Positions 37,830 through 51,224 of a stretch of DNA of 64,000 nucleotides are shown here, in pieces. Every line of letters begins with the position of its first letter. The stretch's first letter is position 1. The notes beneath the pieces were generated by a model. It saw only the letters and a list, made by a program, of their open reading frames with translations. It had not been told where the DNA came from and did not search any database. The stretch is taken from positions 7,125 through 71,124 of the forward strand of contig JAEDJT010000003.1 in the NCBI GenBank assembly GCA_016296185.1, read 5' to 3'. A program made the translations under genes and the position numbers. This DNA comes from Bacilli bacterium. GTDB lineage: Bacteria; Bacillota_I; Bacilli_A; RF39; UBA660.

Positions 37830-38333
37830 TTATTCCTCTACTATAGGTTCTTCAATCACTTGACGATTTAAATTCCAACTAAATCCTGAACCATGTGAAT
37901 TATATGATCCTTCAATTAGGAATGAATCATTTGTTTCTGTTGCTGCTTTTGTTAAAGTAAATGCAAAATCATAGAATGTAACTTCATCTTCACTAAAGTA
38001 TTCTAATGATTTTTGAGCAATTCCTTGTGCTTCAACTAGATCAGCTTCTGGAGTACAAACTAATTTAATATAAATTATTTTTCCTTGAATAGTAATATTT
38101 GCTTGAGAAATAATTCCTTCTTGAACTAATTTGTCTTCAATATCTTTTCTTGTTTCAGAAGAAATTTCACGTTGTTCTATTCCTTCTAATCTAGCTCCAT
38201 ATTTATCTTTTCCTTTTCCTACATAAAAGCATTGAATTAATACTGTAATAATTAATATAAAACAAACTATTACTAATGCCATTAGGATTGTAAAAATACG
38301 ATGTTCATTATAAAATTTTTTAATTTCTTTCAT
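37830..38333 (-). CDS. Hypothetical membrane-anchored protein (first gene of the GGDEF-like operon)
   Basis: SD GAGGTGA, one TM, 167 aa. Confidence 0.5.
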   Translation of the reverse strand: MKEIKKFYNEHRIFTILMALVIVCFILIITVLIQCFYVGKGKDKYGARLEGIEQREISSETRKDIEDKLVQEGIISQANITIQGKIIYIKLVCTPEADLVEAQGIAQKSLEYFSEDEVTFYDFAFTLTKAATETNDSFLIEGSYNSHGSGFSWNLNRQVIEEPIVEE

Positions 38334-38466
38334 CCTTTTTCACCTCTTAAAATGTAATTAAATTATACTACATTATAGTCTTTTAAGCAATAATCTAGAA
38401 TATTCTATCTTGACTATTTAATATGTTTATTCTATTATAAATTTCAACTATGAAAGGGGTATTTTT

Positions 38467-41526
<3,060 letters not shown>

Positions 41527-41529
41527 CTA

Positions 41530-42423
41530 TTAATTCCATAAGTTATTTGGATATTCTCCACTTTCAACTAAATTTTTGAAAGCTCTTTTTACACTATCTG
41601 TATCTTCTTTATAAGTTACACCATACCATACAGCACTTGTATCTAATACATTTACTTTAGCATATCCTTCTTCATTAGCTTCACTTAATACTTCAGGGAT
41701 TAAGAATTCGCATTTTGATAAATCTTCTTCATTTTCTTTAAAGAATACATTCATTTTTTCTTCTAAATATTTAAAGATTGAAGGATCAAATGCTAACATA
41801 TTCATTGATACTAATGTATCTGAAGAAATTTCGAATGCTGGTTCTCCACTTAATGGAGTAGCAATAATTTTATCTCCTTGTCTTTCTATTGAACTTTCAG
41901 TAATTTTTGTTAATAGTCCATCTTCAAATGATAAAACTCCTCTTTTAACTGAACCATTTTCTGTCATTGTATTTGCAACTTTATATCCAATTGTTGCATA
42001 TTCATTATTATTTGATTCTTTCAAGAATTTTGCTGCAACTTCAAATGCGTCTCTTCCATAGAAGTCATCTGAATTAATAACAATAAATTTTTCAGTTACT
42101 GCATCTTTTGCACAATAAATTGCTTGTGCTGTTCCCCAAGGTTTTACTCTATCTTCAGGGATTGTAACAAAACTTGGTATATTGTCCGCTTTTTGGAATA
42201 CATAATCTACTGCGATATGTGGTTCTACTCTTGAACCTATTGTTTCTTTAAAAATATCATAGTTTTCTTCTTTAATAATGAAAATTATTTTTGAAAATCC
42301 AGCTTTAATTGCATCATAAACTGAATAATCAATGATAAATTCATCGTTTGGTCCCATTGGAGCTATTTGTTTTAGTCCTCCAAATCTACTGCCCATTCCT
42401 GCAGCCATAATTACTAATTGCAT
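41530..42423 (-). CDS. Sugar-phosphate nucleotidyltransferase family protein
   Basis: N-terminal MAAGMGSRFGG signature (GxGxR), KPWGTAQAI, INSDDFYG. Confidence 0.7.
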   Translation of the reverse strand: MQLVIMAAGMGSRFGGLKQIAPMGPNDEFIIDYSVYDAIKAGFSKIIFIIKEENYDIFKETIGSRVEPHIAVDYVFQKADNIPSFVTIPEDRVKPWGTAQAIYCAKDAVTEKFIVINSDDFYGRDAFEVAAKFLKESNNNEYATIGYKVANTMTENGSVKRGVLSFEDGLLTKITESSIERQGDKIIATPLSGEPAFEISSDTLVSMNMLAFDPSIFKYLEEKMNVFFKENEEDLSKCEFLIPEVLSEANEEGYAKVNVLDTSAVWYGVTYKEDTDSVKRAFKNLVESGEYPNNLWN

Positions 42424-42447
42424 AAATCTTTCCTTCTTTCTATCTAT

Positions 42448-44535
42448 TTATATCTTTTTTATGCTTTTATGTGTTTTCATTAATTTTTTTATGCCAAAAT
42501 TCTTTGCAAATGCTACTGTTATAAAATCACCTTTTACTTCTACAATAACTCCTCTACCATATACTAAGTGCATTATAACGTCACCTGCTTGGAATTCAAC
42601 ATCTTCTTTATCGTTATATAATTCTTCTTTATTAATTTTTTCTTCTTCAAACATATTATTGTTTTTAACATCTAGCAATTCGCTATCTATTTCTTTTATA
42701 AATCTACTTGGTGGATTTATAACATCTTTACCATATAACATTCTTCTTTTAGCATTTGAAATATATAATTTTTCTCTTGCTCGAGTTATACCTACATAAC
42801 ATAATCTTCTTTCTTCTTCTAATCCTTCTTCTTCTAAAAATGAATTTTGATGTGGGAAGATTCCATCTTCCATACCAATTAGGAATACTACTTTAAACTC
42901 TAATCCTTTAGCACTATGAATTGTCATTAATGTAACTACATTTTCATCATCTTTATGTTCTGTTACGTCAGCTATTAAACTTATTTCTTCTAAGAAATCA
43001 GCTAATGATTCAGAACCTGTTCTATCTTCAAATGTTTGTGTAATAGATTTAAATTCTTCTAAGTTATCTAATCTTAGTTCATTTTCAAGTGATTTATCTG
43101 CTTCAAGTTCAGCTCTCATTCCAGATTTATCTAGTATTAATTCAATTAATTCTGTTAATGATAAATTATCACTTTCTTGAGTTAAATCTCTTATTAATTC
43201 TTTAAATGCTAATTCTTTACCTTTAGATATTGTTTGAAATATAGATGTATTTTGTTCTTTTGCTTCTATTTCTAGTTTAGCTATTGTTGCATCTCCAATT
43301 CCTCTTTTTGGTACGTTTATTACTCTTCTTAATGAAATTTCATCATCATTATTAAGTATTAATCTTAAATAACATATTAAGTCTTTAATTTCTTTTCTAG
43401 AGTAGAAATAATAACTACCTACTACTTTATATGGTTCTCCTGATTTTAAGAACATTTCTTCTACAAGTCTGGCTTGTGCATTAGTTCTGTATAGAACACC
43501 AAAATCTTTACTTTGATATCCTTGTTCTTTTAATTTTTTTATTTCATCTAATACTAATTGTATTTCATGTTTTCCATCGTATGCTCTTAGATATGATACT
43601 TTTGTACCATCTCCATTATTGCTCCATAAGTTTTTTTCTTTTCGTTCTTTATTATTTTTTATTACTGAGTTTGCAGTATCTAATATATATCTTGTTGAAC
43701 GATAGTTTTCTTCTAATGGAATTACTTTTGCATCTTTATAATCTTTTTCAAAGTTTAATATGTTTCTAAAATTAGCTCCTCTAAACATATATATTGATTG
43801 ATCTGGATCTCCAACTATAAATATATTTTTATTCTTTTTAGCTAATAATTTTGATAGTTTATATTGTACTTCATTTGTGTCTTGATACTCGTCTATTAGT
43901 ATATATTTAAATTTATCTTGATATGATTCTAGTATATCTTTATTTTCAGTAAAAAGTTTTACTGGTAGTCTTAATAAGTCATCAAAGTCTACAGAATTAT
44001 TTTTTCTTAGTACATCTTGATATTCATAATATACTGCTTTTGCAACCTTATCTTGAGGTTGAATAAATAATCTTTCTATTTCATCTTGTGTTAACATATC
44101 GTTCTTTATTGAACTTATTTTATTTCTTATATATGATGGTTGATTCATTTTTGGATCATAACCATTATCTTTTAATATTTTTTTTATAATTGATAATACA
44201 TCATCACTATCTACAATAGAAAAAGTTCTATCAAGTCCTAGTACGCTAGCGTTTTCCCTTATTATTCTTACTCCCAAAGAGTGAAATGTTCCAACAAATG
44301 CATTATTGTTTGGTACTATTTTTTCAAGTCTTTCTCTCATTTCTTTAGCTGCTTTATTTGTAAATGTAATAGCCAATATATTATAGGAGGGTATTCCTTG
44401 GTCTATTAAATTTGCTATTCTAGTTGTTAAAACTTTTGTTTTACCTGAACCAGCTCCAGCTATTACTAAACAAGGTCCATCAACATGCATTACTGCTTCT
44501 CTTTGTTTGTCATTTAATCCGTCTAAATAATTCAT
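42448..44535 (-). CDS. pcrA: ATP-dependent DNA helicase PcrA (UvrD family)
   Basis: AGAGSGKTKVLT Walker A, DEYQDTN, and the SF1 motifs throughout. Start at the ATG 44535 after AAAGGA. Confidence 0.9.
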   Translation of the reverse strand: MNYLDGLNDKQREAVMHVDGPCLVIAGAGSGKTKVLTTRIANLIDQGIPSYNILAITFTNKAAKEMRERLEKIVPNNNAFVGTFHSLGVRIIRENASVLGLDRTFSIVDSDDVLSIIKKILKDNGYDPKMNQPSYIRNKISSIKNDMLTQDEIERLFIQPQDKVAKAVYYEYQDVLRKNNSVDFDDLLRLPVKLFTENKDILESYQDKFKYILIDEYQDTNEVQYKLSKLLAKKNKNIFIVGDPDQSIYMFRGANFRNILNFEKDYKDAKVIPLEENYRSTRYILDTANSVIKNNKERKEKNLWSNNGDGTKVSYLRAYDGKHEIQLVLDEIKKLKEQGYQSKDFGVLYRTNAQARLVEEMFLKSGEPYKVVGSYYFYSRKEIKDLICYLRLILNNDDEISLRRVINVPKRGIGDATIAKLEIEAKEQNTSIFQTISKGKELAFKELIRDLTQESDNLSLTELIELILDKSGMRAELEADKSLENELRLDNLEEFKSITQTFEDRTGSESLADFLEEISLIADVTEHKDDENVVTLMTIHSAKGLEFKVVFLIGMEDGIFPHQNSFLEEEGLEEERRLCYVGITRAREKLYISNAKRRMLYGKDVINPPSRFIKEIDSELLDVKNNNMFEEEKINKEELYNDKEDVEFQAGDVIMHLVYGRGVIVEVKGDFITVAFAKNFGIKKLMKTHKSIKKI

Positions 44536-44603
44536 GTTTAATCCTTTCATATATAAAATTATACCATATATGTAATAAAAAAAGAGTAGTTTCTCTACCC
44601 TTT

Positions 44604-44891
44604 TTATAAATATTCCATTATAGCTACATTCTTTTCTAGTTTAACAACTAGGTCTTCTCTATCATATTTTGAGAAGATTTCATCGAATTCTTCATTATCC
44701 ATTAAAAACATATTATAGAATTTAACAAATGCTACTTGATAATTAGATATTCCTAATTCTTTCATATATTTAACATTTTTAATTACTATTTCTTTTTTTG
44801 CTTCTAATGTTTCTAATGCTTTTTTAGGTAAGCTTTCATTTATTATATTTATTGTATTTTGATCAAATCCTAAATCTTTTAAATAATTCAT
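44604..44891 (-). CDS. Small helical-repeat protein related to the C-terminal repeats of the upstream gene
   Basis: 95 aa with two L-K-x-L-G-[FI] units. The SD GGAGG overlaps the upstream stop. Confidence 0.5.
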   Translation of the reverse strand: MNYLKDLGFDQNTINIINESLPKKALETLEAKKEIVIKNVKYMKELGISNYQVAFVKFYNMFLMDNEEFDEIFSKYDREDLVVKLEKNVAIMEYL

Positions 44892-44903
44892 AATTTAAGC
44901 CTC

Positions 44904-47093
44904 CTATCCTATAAATCCTATATAATCATTTACGATATCTTTAACATCATTTTCAGGTAATCTTAAATTGTATAATGCTGCAATTAATAAGATATTTTTT
45001 TCTAATCCTTCTAATGATTCACCATCTTTAGCTAATACATCAATAATATATTTCGCATTTCTTTCAATTTTATTTTTTGAAATTAATTCATCATGAATCT
45101 TATATATATTACCACTTACTTGTTCAGCTTTTAATGTGTTAATAACATCATCTTTAAGTCTATTATATTTATCATTTGAAGTTGGATCTAAATTAATTTC
45201 TTCATAATTTTCTTTATTATATACTTCATCTAATGATGTTATTATTTTCTTAGTTAAATCATTATTCATTGCTTCAATAATTGCATCATTGTTAGATTTT
45301 AAAGATGTTAGATCTTTTAATTCAGCTGTTTTAAATAATTTTCTGAATTCTTCATAATCATAAATGTATTTGTAGAATGTATTTTGATTATCTTCATCTA
45401 TAACTGGAATGTTATTTTCTTTACAATAGTTAATAACTTTTAATACTGTTTCAACATTTTTTCCTAATACTTCTGGATTAGATTCAATTAATCTTTCTAA
45501 ATCATTTTCTAATAATTGATCTATTTCTGTACTTAATTCAACAGGACTATTCCATAATGTATCTACTGCATATTTTCCATTTTTTCTTACTATTTTAATT
45601 AAGTAATTCTTTAAAATTTCAGTATTAGCATCTATATAGTCTGTTGTTGATAATAATTCTTTATAGATTTTAGATTCTTTTTCATCTAATTCAATTCCAG
45701 CTTTATTTAATTTATCAATATTTTCATAGTATTTTGCAATATCTAATTCTAATAAATTAATGTTATTATCTTTTATTTCTACATTATTAGTTTTAAGTGA
45801 TTCAAATTTATTTTTTAATGATTCTACACTGTATTTAATATTTCCTGCTAAGAATTCTTTTTTGATGGTTTTATCTGTAATTCCTTTGCTTCTTAGGAAT
45901 GTTATTTTATTTCCTAATTCTTCATCTGCTAAATACATATAGTTGTCAAATCTAATTGGCTCATCTTCTTTAGCAAAATCTATACTTCTTAAGTGTTCAT
46001 CATTTTTTCTAATTATACTTTCATCTGTATTAGATAAAATTTCTTTTGTTTTATCATCTAATTTAGATTCATCAATATTTAATTCTGATAATAATTTTGA
46101 TAATTCACTTTCTTCAGGTTGTTGTACTTCTTCTGGTTCATTTACTTCTTCAATAATATTTTTATCTTCGAATGGATTCATTTCACTTTCTTCTGGTTCT
46201 TCATTATAAAGTGTAATGATGTCTTCTTCTTTTTCTTCTATTATTGGAGCTATTTCTTCTTCCTCTTCTTCGATGATAGCTGGTTCTTCAGTTTCTTCTA
46301 CTTCTTCAATAATATTATTTTCTTCTGTTTCTTCAACTGTTTCTTCTACTTCTTCAGTAGGTTCTTCTGCTTCTTCATCTTCTTCGATAACGATATCTTT
46401 GGCGAAAATATTATTTTCTCCTCTATCAAAAACAGGGATGAATTTATCTTCCCTGTCTTTATATTCATTAACATATTCTGATAATCCTTTTTCAGGGAAT
46501 AGGATTAAGAATTCTAATTCAGATGTTTCATCATCATTGAATACACCTAGTTCAGTTAATAATTTTTTAATGTAACCCCTATTGTATGAATCATTTTCAT
46601 TTACTAGAATATCATCTAATAAATTATTTAATTTCACTTTAACGTTTTCAGCATTTTGTAGTTTTTCTTCTTCTTCTTTTTTATTCTCATTTAGTTTTTC
46701 AATTTCAACTTTTTTATCTTCGATAATTTTTTCAGTATCGCTGATTTTTTCGTTTAATTGATTTTCATGTCTAGGTTTTTCATCTTGTAGTTTTTGTACT
46801 AAAGATCCTAATTCAATATTTACATCAACTGCATTTAATGCTTCAAAACTATCGTTATCGTATTTACTGAAAGCTTCAAGAAAACTAGTGGCCTGTTTAG
46901 TAAATGTGTTTAATTCGCTTTCTAAATCAGTTTTTATTCCTTCTTGTTCCCTTTTTACTCTTTCAGTTTCATCTGTTGAAGAAATGATATCGTCTATTCT
47001 AGTTTGAATACTAGTTGTAACAATACTTTCATCTCCACGAAGATTATATAACCTGTCTAATAATCGTAATTTTTCTTGTGTTAAATCGGCCAC
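44904..47093 (-). CDS. Large coiled-coil / Glu-rich / helical-repeat protein of unknown function
   Basis: GTG start 47093, 6 nt after GAGGTG. N-terminal heptad-rich 200 aa, EE-rich linker, then repeated units such as FLRSKGITDKTIKKEF and LNKAGIELDEKE. Confidence 0.55.
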   Translation of the reverse strand: MADLTQEKLRLLDRLYNLRGDESIVTTSIQTRIDDIISSTDETERVKREQEGIKTDLESELNTFTKQATSFLEAFSKYDNDSFEALNAVDVNIELGSLVQKLQDEKPRHENQLNEKISDTEKIIEDKKVEIEKLNENKKEEEEKLQNAENVKVKLNNLLDDILVNENDSYNRGYIKKLLTELGVFNDDETSELEFLILFPEKGLSEYVNEYKDREDKFIPVFDRGENNIFAKDIVIEEDEEAEEPTEEVEETVEETEENNIIEEVEETEEPAIIEEEEEEIAPIIEEKEEDIITLYNEEPEESEMNPFEDKNIIEEVNEPEEVQQPEESELSKLLSELNIDESKLDDKTKEILSNTDESIIRKNDEHLRSIDFAKEDEPIRFDNYMYLADEELGNKITFLRSKGITDKTIKKEFLAGNIKYSVESLKNKFESLKTNNVEIKDNNINLLELDIAKYYENIDKLNKAGIELDEKESKIYKELLSTTDYIDANTEILKNYLIKIVRKNGKYAVDTLWNSPVELSTEIDQLLENDLERLIESNPEVLGKNVETVLKVINYCKENNIPVIDEDNQNTFYKYIYDYEEFRKLFKTAELKDLTSLKSNNDAIIEAMNNDLTKKIITSLDEVYNKENYEEINLDPTSNDKYNRLKDDVINTLKAEQVSGNIYKIHDELISKNKIERNAKYIIDVLAKDGESLEGLEKNILLIAALYNLRLPENDVKDIVNDYIGFIG

Positions 47094-47223
47094 AATACAC
47101 ACCTCGCTTATTATGTAGTTATTATAGCAAATAATCATTGATAAGTAAATGCTTTTTGTTGTGTTTTATAACTACACATTTGAACTTTTTTTGAATATAC
47201 TACATTGAAAGTGGAGGGTTAAA

Positions 47224-48195
47224 ATGAAAAAATTTATAATTATATTTATTAGTTTATTCTTAGTTGTTTTTTCTATATTATATAGTACTTTTTTTACTAA
47301 AAAAGATACTATTAAAGTTGCTGAAGTTACTCATTCTCTTTTCTATACACCTTTTTATGTTGCAATAGAGAATGGTTATTTTAAAGATGAAGGCTTAAAT
47401 ATAGAATTAATACTAACAAGTGGAGCTGATAAAGTTGCTAGTTCTGTTTTATCTAATGATGTTCAAATTGGTTTTGCAGGTCCAGAAGCTACTATTTATG
47501 TATATAAAAATAATGAAAAAGATTACTTAGTTACCTTTGCTGGTTTAACTAAAAAAGATGGTCAATTTATTGTTTCTAGAAATAATATTAGTAATTTTAA
47601 TATTGAAGATTTATATGGCAAAAAGGTATTAGCTGGTAGAGCTGGTGGAATGCCTGTTTTAAATTTCCTTAATGGTATAAAAAAATTAAATGGTGATTCA
47701 AGTAAGATAGATATTGATACAAGTATTGATTTTAGTAGTCTTACTGGTACTTTTATATCAGGTTATGGAGATTACGTTAATTTATTTGAACCTAATGCAA
47801 CAAAGTTAGAAAAACTAGGTTTAGGTCATGTAGTTGCTAGTATTGGTGAATATAGTGGTGATTTACCTTATACTGCATTCTTTAGTAGAAAAAGTTATAT
47901 AAATAATAATAAAGATACTATTGAAAGATTTAATAAAGCTTTAAATAGAGGTTTATTATATGTACAACAACATGATGAAAATGATATTGCAAAAGTTGTA
48001 TTAAATCAATTTAGTGATACTTCATTAGATGATATTAAAACTATTGTTAAAAGGTATAAAGATAATGATACTTGGTTTAATAATACTACTATAGAAGAAA
48101 AATATTTTAATAATTTAGAAAATATAATGATTGATAATAATCTTCTTGATAAATATGTACCATTTAATAATTTAGTAATTAACTTAAATGAATAA
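47224..48195 (+). CDS. ABC transporter substrate-binding protein, NMT1/THI5 (SsuA/ThiY)-like
   Basis: N-terminal anchor, with the TauA/SsuA-like pattern (…IKVAEVTHSLFYTPFYVA…GYFKDEGL…). First gene of an SBP-ATPase-permease operon. Confidence 0.6.
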   Translation: MKKFIIIFISLFLVVFSILYSTFFTKKDTIKVAEVTHSLFYTPFYVAIENGYFKDEGLNIELILTSGADKVASSVLSNDVQIGFAGPEATIYVYKNNEKDYLVTFAGLTKKDGQFIVSRNNISNFNIEDLYGKKVLAGRAGGMPVLNFLNGIKKLNGDSSKIDIDTSIDFSSLTGTFISGYGDYVNLFEPNATKLEKLGLGHVVASIGEYSGDLPYTAFFSRKSYINNNKDTIERFNKALNRGLLYVQQHDENDIAKVVLNQFSDTSLDDIKTIVKRYKDNDTWFNNTTIEEKYFNNLENIMIDNNLLDKYVPFNNLVINLNE

Positions 48196-48958
48196 AATAA
48201 TTGAATTAAAAGATATAAGTAAGAAATTTAATACATTATCTGGTGAAGTCGAAGTTTTTAATAATATTAATATAGACATTTATAGCAATGAGTTTTTATC
48301 TATTATTGGTACAAGTGGTTGTGGTAAAAGTACTTTACTAAATGTTATTTCTAAATTAGACAATCATTATGATGGTTCTGTTAACTATTTAGATGATATT
48401 ACTATAGGTTATATGCTACAAGAAGATGCATTAATTGAATATTATAATGTGTTTGATAATATATGTTTAGGTTTAAAAATCAATAATAAATACAATGAAA
48501 ATACTATTAATTATGTTAATAGTTTATTAGATAAATATGATCTAATTTCATATAAATATAAACATCCTAGTGAATTATCCGGTGGTATGAGACAAAGAGT
48601 TGCTCTTATTAGAACTTTATCATTAAAACCTGATGTTTTATTATTAGATGAACCTTTTTCGGCTTTAGATTATACAACTAGATTATTAATTAATAATGAT
48701 GTTCATAAAATTATCAAAGATTCGGGTATAACTGCTATTATGGTGACACATGATATTGAAGAGGCATTAAGTATGTCAGATAGAATTATTGTATTAGATG
48801 GCAAACCTGCATCTATTAAGAATATTTATACTATCAATAACAATAATATTCCTTCTAAAAATAGAAACAATAATAAAGAAATATATGAAAGTATTTTGGA
48901 TGATTTATGTCAGAAGAACAAAGAAAGTTTATCAAATCCTATAATCGAAACAAATTAG
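48188..48958 (+). CDS. ABC transporter ATP-binding protein (nitrate/sulfonate/taurine-type)
   Basis: GTSGCGKST, LSGGMRQR, LLLDEPFSALD, THD. Confidence 0.85.
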   Translation: MNKIIELKDISKKFNTLSGEVEVFNNINIDIYSNEFLSIIGTSGCGKSTLLNVISKLDNHYDGSVNYLDDITIGYMLQEDALIEYYNVFDNICLGLKINNKYNENTINYVNSLLDKYDLISYKYKHPSELSGGMRQRVALIRTLSLKPDVLLLDEPFSALDYTTRLLINNDVHKIIKDSGITAIMVTHDIEEALSMSDRIIVLDGKPASIKNIYTINNNNIPSKNRNNNKEIYESILDDLCQKNKESLSNPIIETN

Positions 48959-49695
48959 TAATAATTATTATAAGATTATTTCTTATTATTTCATTTTTAT
49001 TATGTTGGGAATTATTATCTAAGTATAATATTATTAATTCTTTTATATTTTGTAGTCCATTAAAAATAGTAAAATGTATTTATAATTTATATATTAATAA
49101 TAATTTGTTTAATCATATATGTATTACTTTATATGAAACATTAATATCTTTTATTATCAGTATGTTTATAAGTATTACGTTATCAACAATTTTATTTTTA
49201 TTTAATAATGTTTATAAAATATTTGAACCTATTATTAATCTATTTAATTCATTACCTAAAGTAGCTCTCGGTCCATTAATTATTATTATTTTTGGAGCAA
49301 ATATTAACAGTGTAATAGTTATGGGAATACTTATTAGCTTTATAGTAACAAGTATAATGATTACTAATAGTTTTTATAATACTAATAAGACTATGATTAA
49401 ATTATTTAAAACATTTAAATCTAATAGTTTTCAACTTATTTATTATTTAATATTCCCATATAATATTAATACTATTATATCAGCATTTAAATTAGGTATT
49501 AGTATGTGTTTAATTGGAGTTATATCTGGTGAGTTTTTAATTAGTAAGTCTGGTTTAGGATATTTAATAATATATGGAACACAAGTTTTTAATATGGATT
49601 TAGTTTTTAGTGGAATATCTTTATTATTAATACTATCTATCATTTTATATGAAGTTGTTAATTTTCTAGATTATTTAATTATTAAAAAAAAGTAA
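48907..49695 (+). CDS. ABC transporter permease (binding-protein-dependent type)
   Basis: Six TM spans. Follows the ATPase with a 52-nt overlap, so the true start may be later. Confidence 0.65.
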   Translation: MSEEQRKFIKSYNRNKLVIIIIRLFLIISFLLCWELLSKYNIINSFIFCSPLKIVKCIYNLYINNNLFNHICITLYETLISFIISMFISITLSTILFLFNNVYKIFEPIINLFNSLPKVALGPLIIIIFGANINSVIVMGILISFIVTSIMITNSFYNTNKTMIKLFKTFKSNSFQLIYYLIFPYNINTIISAFKLGISMCLIGVISGEFLISKSGLGYLIIYGTQVFNMDLVFSGISLLLILSIILYEVVNFLDYLIIKKK

Positions 49696-49700
49696 GATTA

Positions 49701-51215
49701 CTATCTTACTTTTTCTATTGATATAATAGGTTTTCTTGGCTTTTTAATCTTTTGATTTTTTACTTTTTGAACCTTACCTTTTTTTGGTAAATTATTTTGT
49801 TTTTCTAATAATTCATCTATTGGTAATTTTGCTGGTTCATCTTTCTTAGTAGATTTTCTTTTTACAGTTTTAATATCTTTAGGATCAAGATTTAATCTTG
49901 GTTTTTTATTTTTTTCCTTTTCTGTAATTTGTTTTTCAACTACTGGTTTTAATGTTACTTCAACTTTTTTAGATTCAGTTTTCTTTGGTTCTATTTCTCT
50001 AACATAAGTTTTATTAACACGTTTTTTATTTTTAGTTTCCTCTTCTGATACTACTTTAATACGGTTTCCTTTCAAGAAGTTTTCTTCTCTAACTTTTTTA
50101 GTTTTCTTTTCTTCTTGTTTATTTTCTTTTAATTTATCCATATCTTTTAGCATTTTATCAAGTTCTGCAATTTTACTATCATATTCTTTTATTTTACTTG
50201 TTAATTCATCAGTATCTAATATTTCATATTGTTCATTAACTACTGTAGTTTTTACTTTTTTAGGTTTTGGTTTTTTAACTACTTTATCTTCTATAGGTTC
50301 TTGAACTATTTCTTCTTTTGATTCATTTTCAATATTAAATATTCCTAGAGGATCAAATAATGCTAAATCTTCTTCATCAAGTTGTTCTATTTCTTCAATT
50401 TCTTGTTTTGTTACAACTTCCGGTTCTTCAACTTTTTTTGTTGTATATTTATTATTTTTAACTTCAATTATTGTTTCTTCATATTTTTCTAAGAAACTTT
50501 CATGTTTTGTTTTTATTTTTTTATCTAATTCTTTTTCTTTTAGTTCTGTTACTATTTCTTCTTTTCTTTGTTGCTCCATTTCTTTTTTATCTTCTTTTGA
50601 TTCTATTACTTTTTCTTCTTTTACTGTAACTTTATTAACTTTATTTTTTAATTTAATTAATTTTATTAATTTATATACATCTATAAATATATATATTGCA
50701 ATTGGAATTAATAATAGGAATAGCCATCCTTTTTTTTCTGATATTAAAAATTGTACTTTTCCTAGTTTTGGAATAATAGCTATTTTTTTACCAATTACTT
50801 GATCATGTGTTACAAATAAACTATCAGGTTCTGAATTGTTATCACCTTGTGTCATATATTCATATTGTCCATCTGGTAACTGAGCTACTTCAACTACTCT
50901 ATGAGTTATTGTCATTCCTTCGCTATTTGGAGCTTTAGATATATAAGTAATTATATCTCCTACTTGAATATTTTCAGGATTGTCTTCTCTAGCATTAATT
51001 ACTACATCATATACTTCTATAGTTGGAGTCATACTTGGACTAACTATTGTATAAATAGATATTTTAGATCTATAATCTTCATTATTTTGATTTATTTGTG
51101 ATGTTATTATGTAATAAATTAAAAATAAACCAATTAGGCACACAAAAACAATTGCTATGTAATATAGCACTTTTAACAAAACTGATAAAAATTTGTTTTT
51201 GTTTTTGTTTTCCAT
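49701..51215 (-). CDS. sipW: SipW-type (ER/archaeal-type S26B) signal peptidase I with a long Lys/Glu-rich C-terminal extension
   Basis: IVSPSMTPT (Ser box), ITHRV (His box), QGDNN, flanking TMs. After the second TM come about 325 aa of K/E-rich sequence. Confidence 0.65.
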   Translation of the reverse strand: MENKNKNKFLSVLLKVLYYIAIVFVCLIGLFLIYYIITSQINQNNEDYRSKISIYTIVSPSMTPTIEVYDVVINAREDNPENIQVGDIITYISKAPNSEGMTITHRVVEVAQLPDGQYEYMTQGDNNSEPDSLFVTHDQVIGKKIAIIPKLGKVQFLISEKKGWLFLLLIPIAIYIFIDVYKLIKLIKLKNKVNKVTVKEEKVIESKEDKKEMEQQRKEEIVTELKEKELDKKIKTKHESFLEKYEETIIEVKNNKYTTKKVEEPEVVTKQEIEEIEQLDEEDLALFDPLGIFNIENESKEEIVQEPIEDKVVKKPKPKKVKTTVVNEQYEILDTDELTSKIKEYDSKIAELDKMLKDMDKLKENKQEEKKTKKVREENFLKGNRIKVVSEEETKNKKRVNKTYVREIEPKKTESKKVEVTLKPVVEKQITEKEKNKKPRLNLDPKDIKTVKRKSTKKDEPAKLPIDELLEKQNNLPKKGKVQKVKNQKIKKPRKPIISIEKVR

Positions 51216-51224
51216 ATATTTCCT

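Noticed and set aside
47139-47223. Possible TPP riboswitch upstream of the NMT1/THI5-like ABC transporter (ThiXYZ-like)
   Set aside because: The leader is only about 85 nt and lacks the CUGAGA / ACCUGA core elements of TPP riboswitches.
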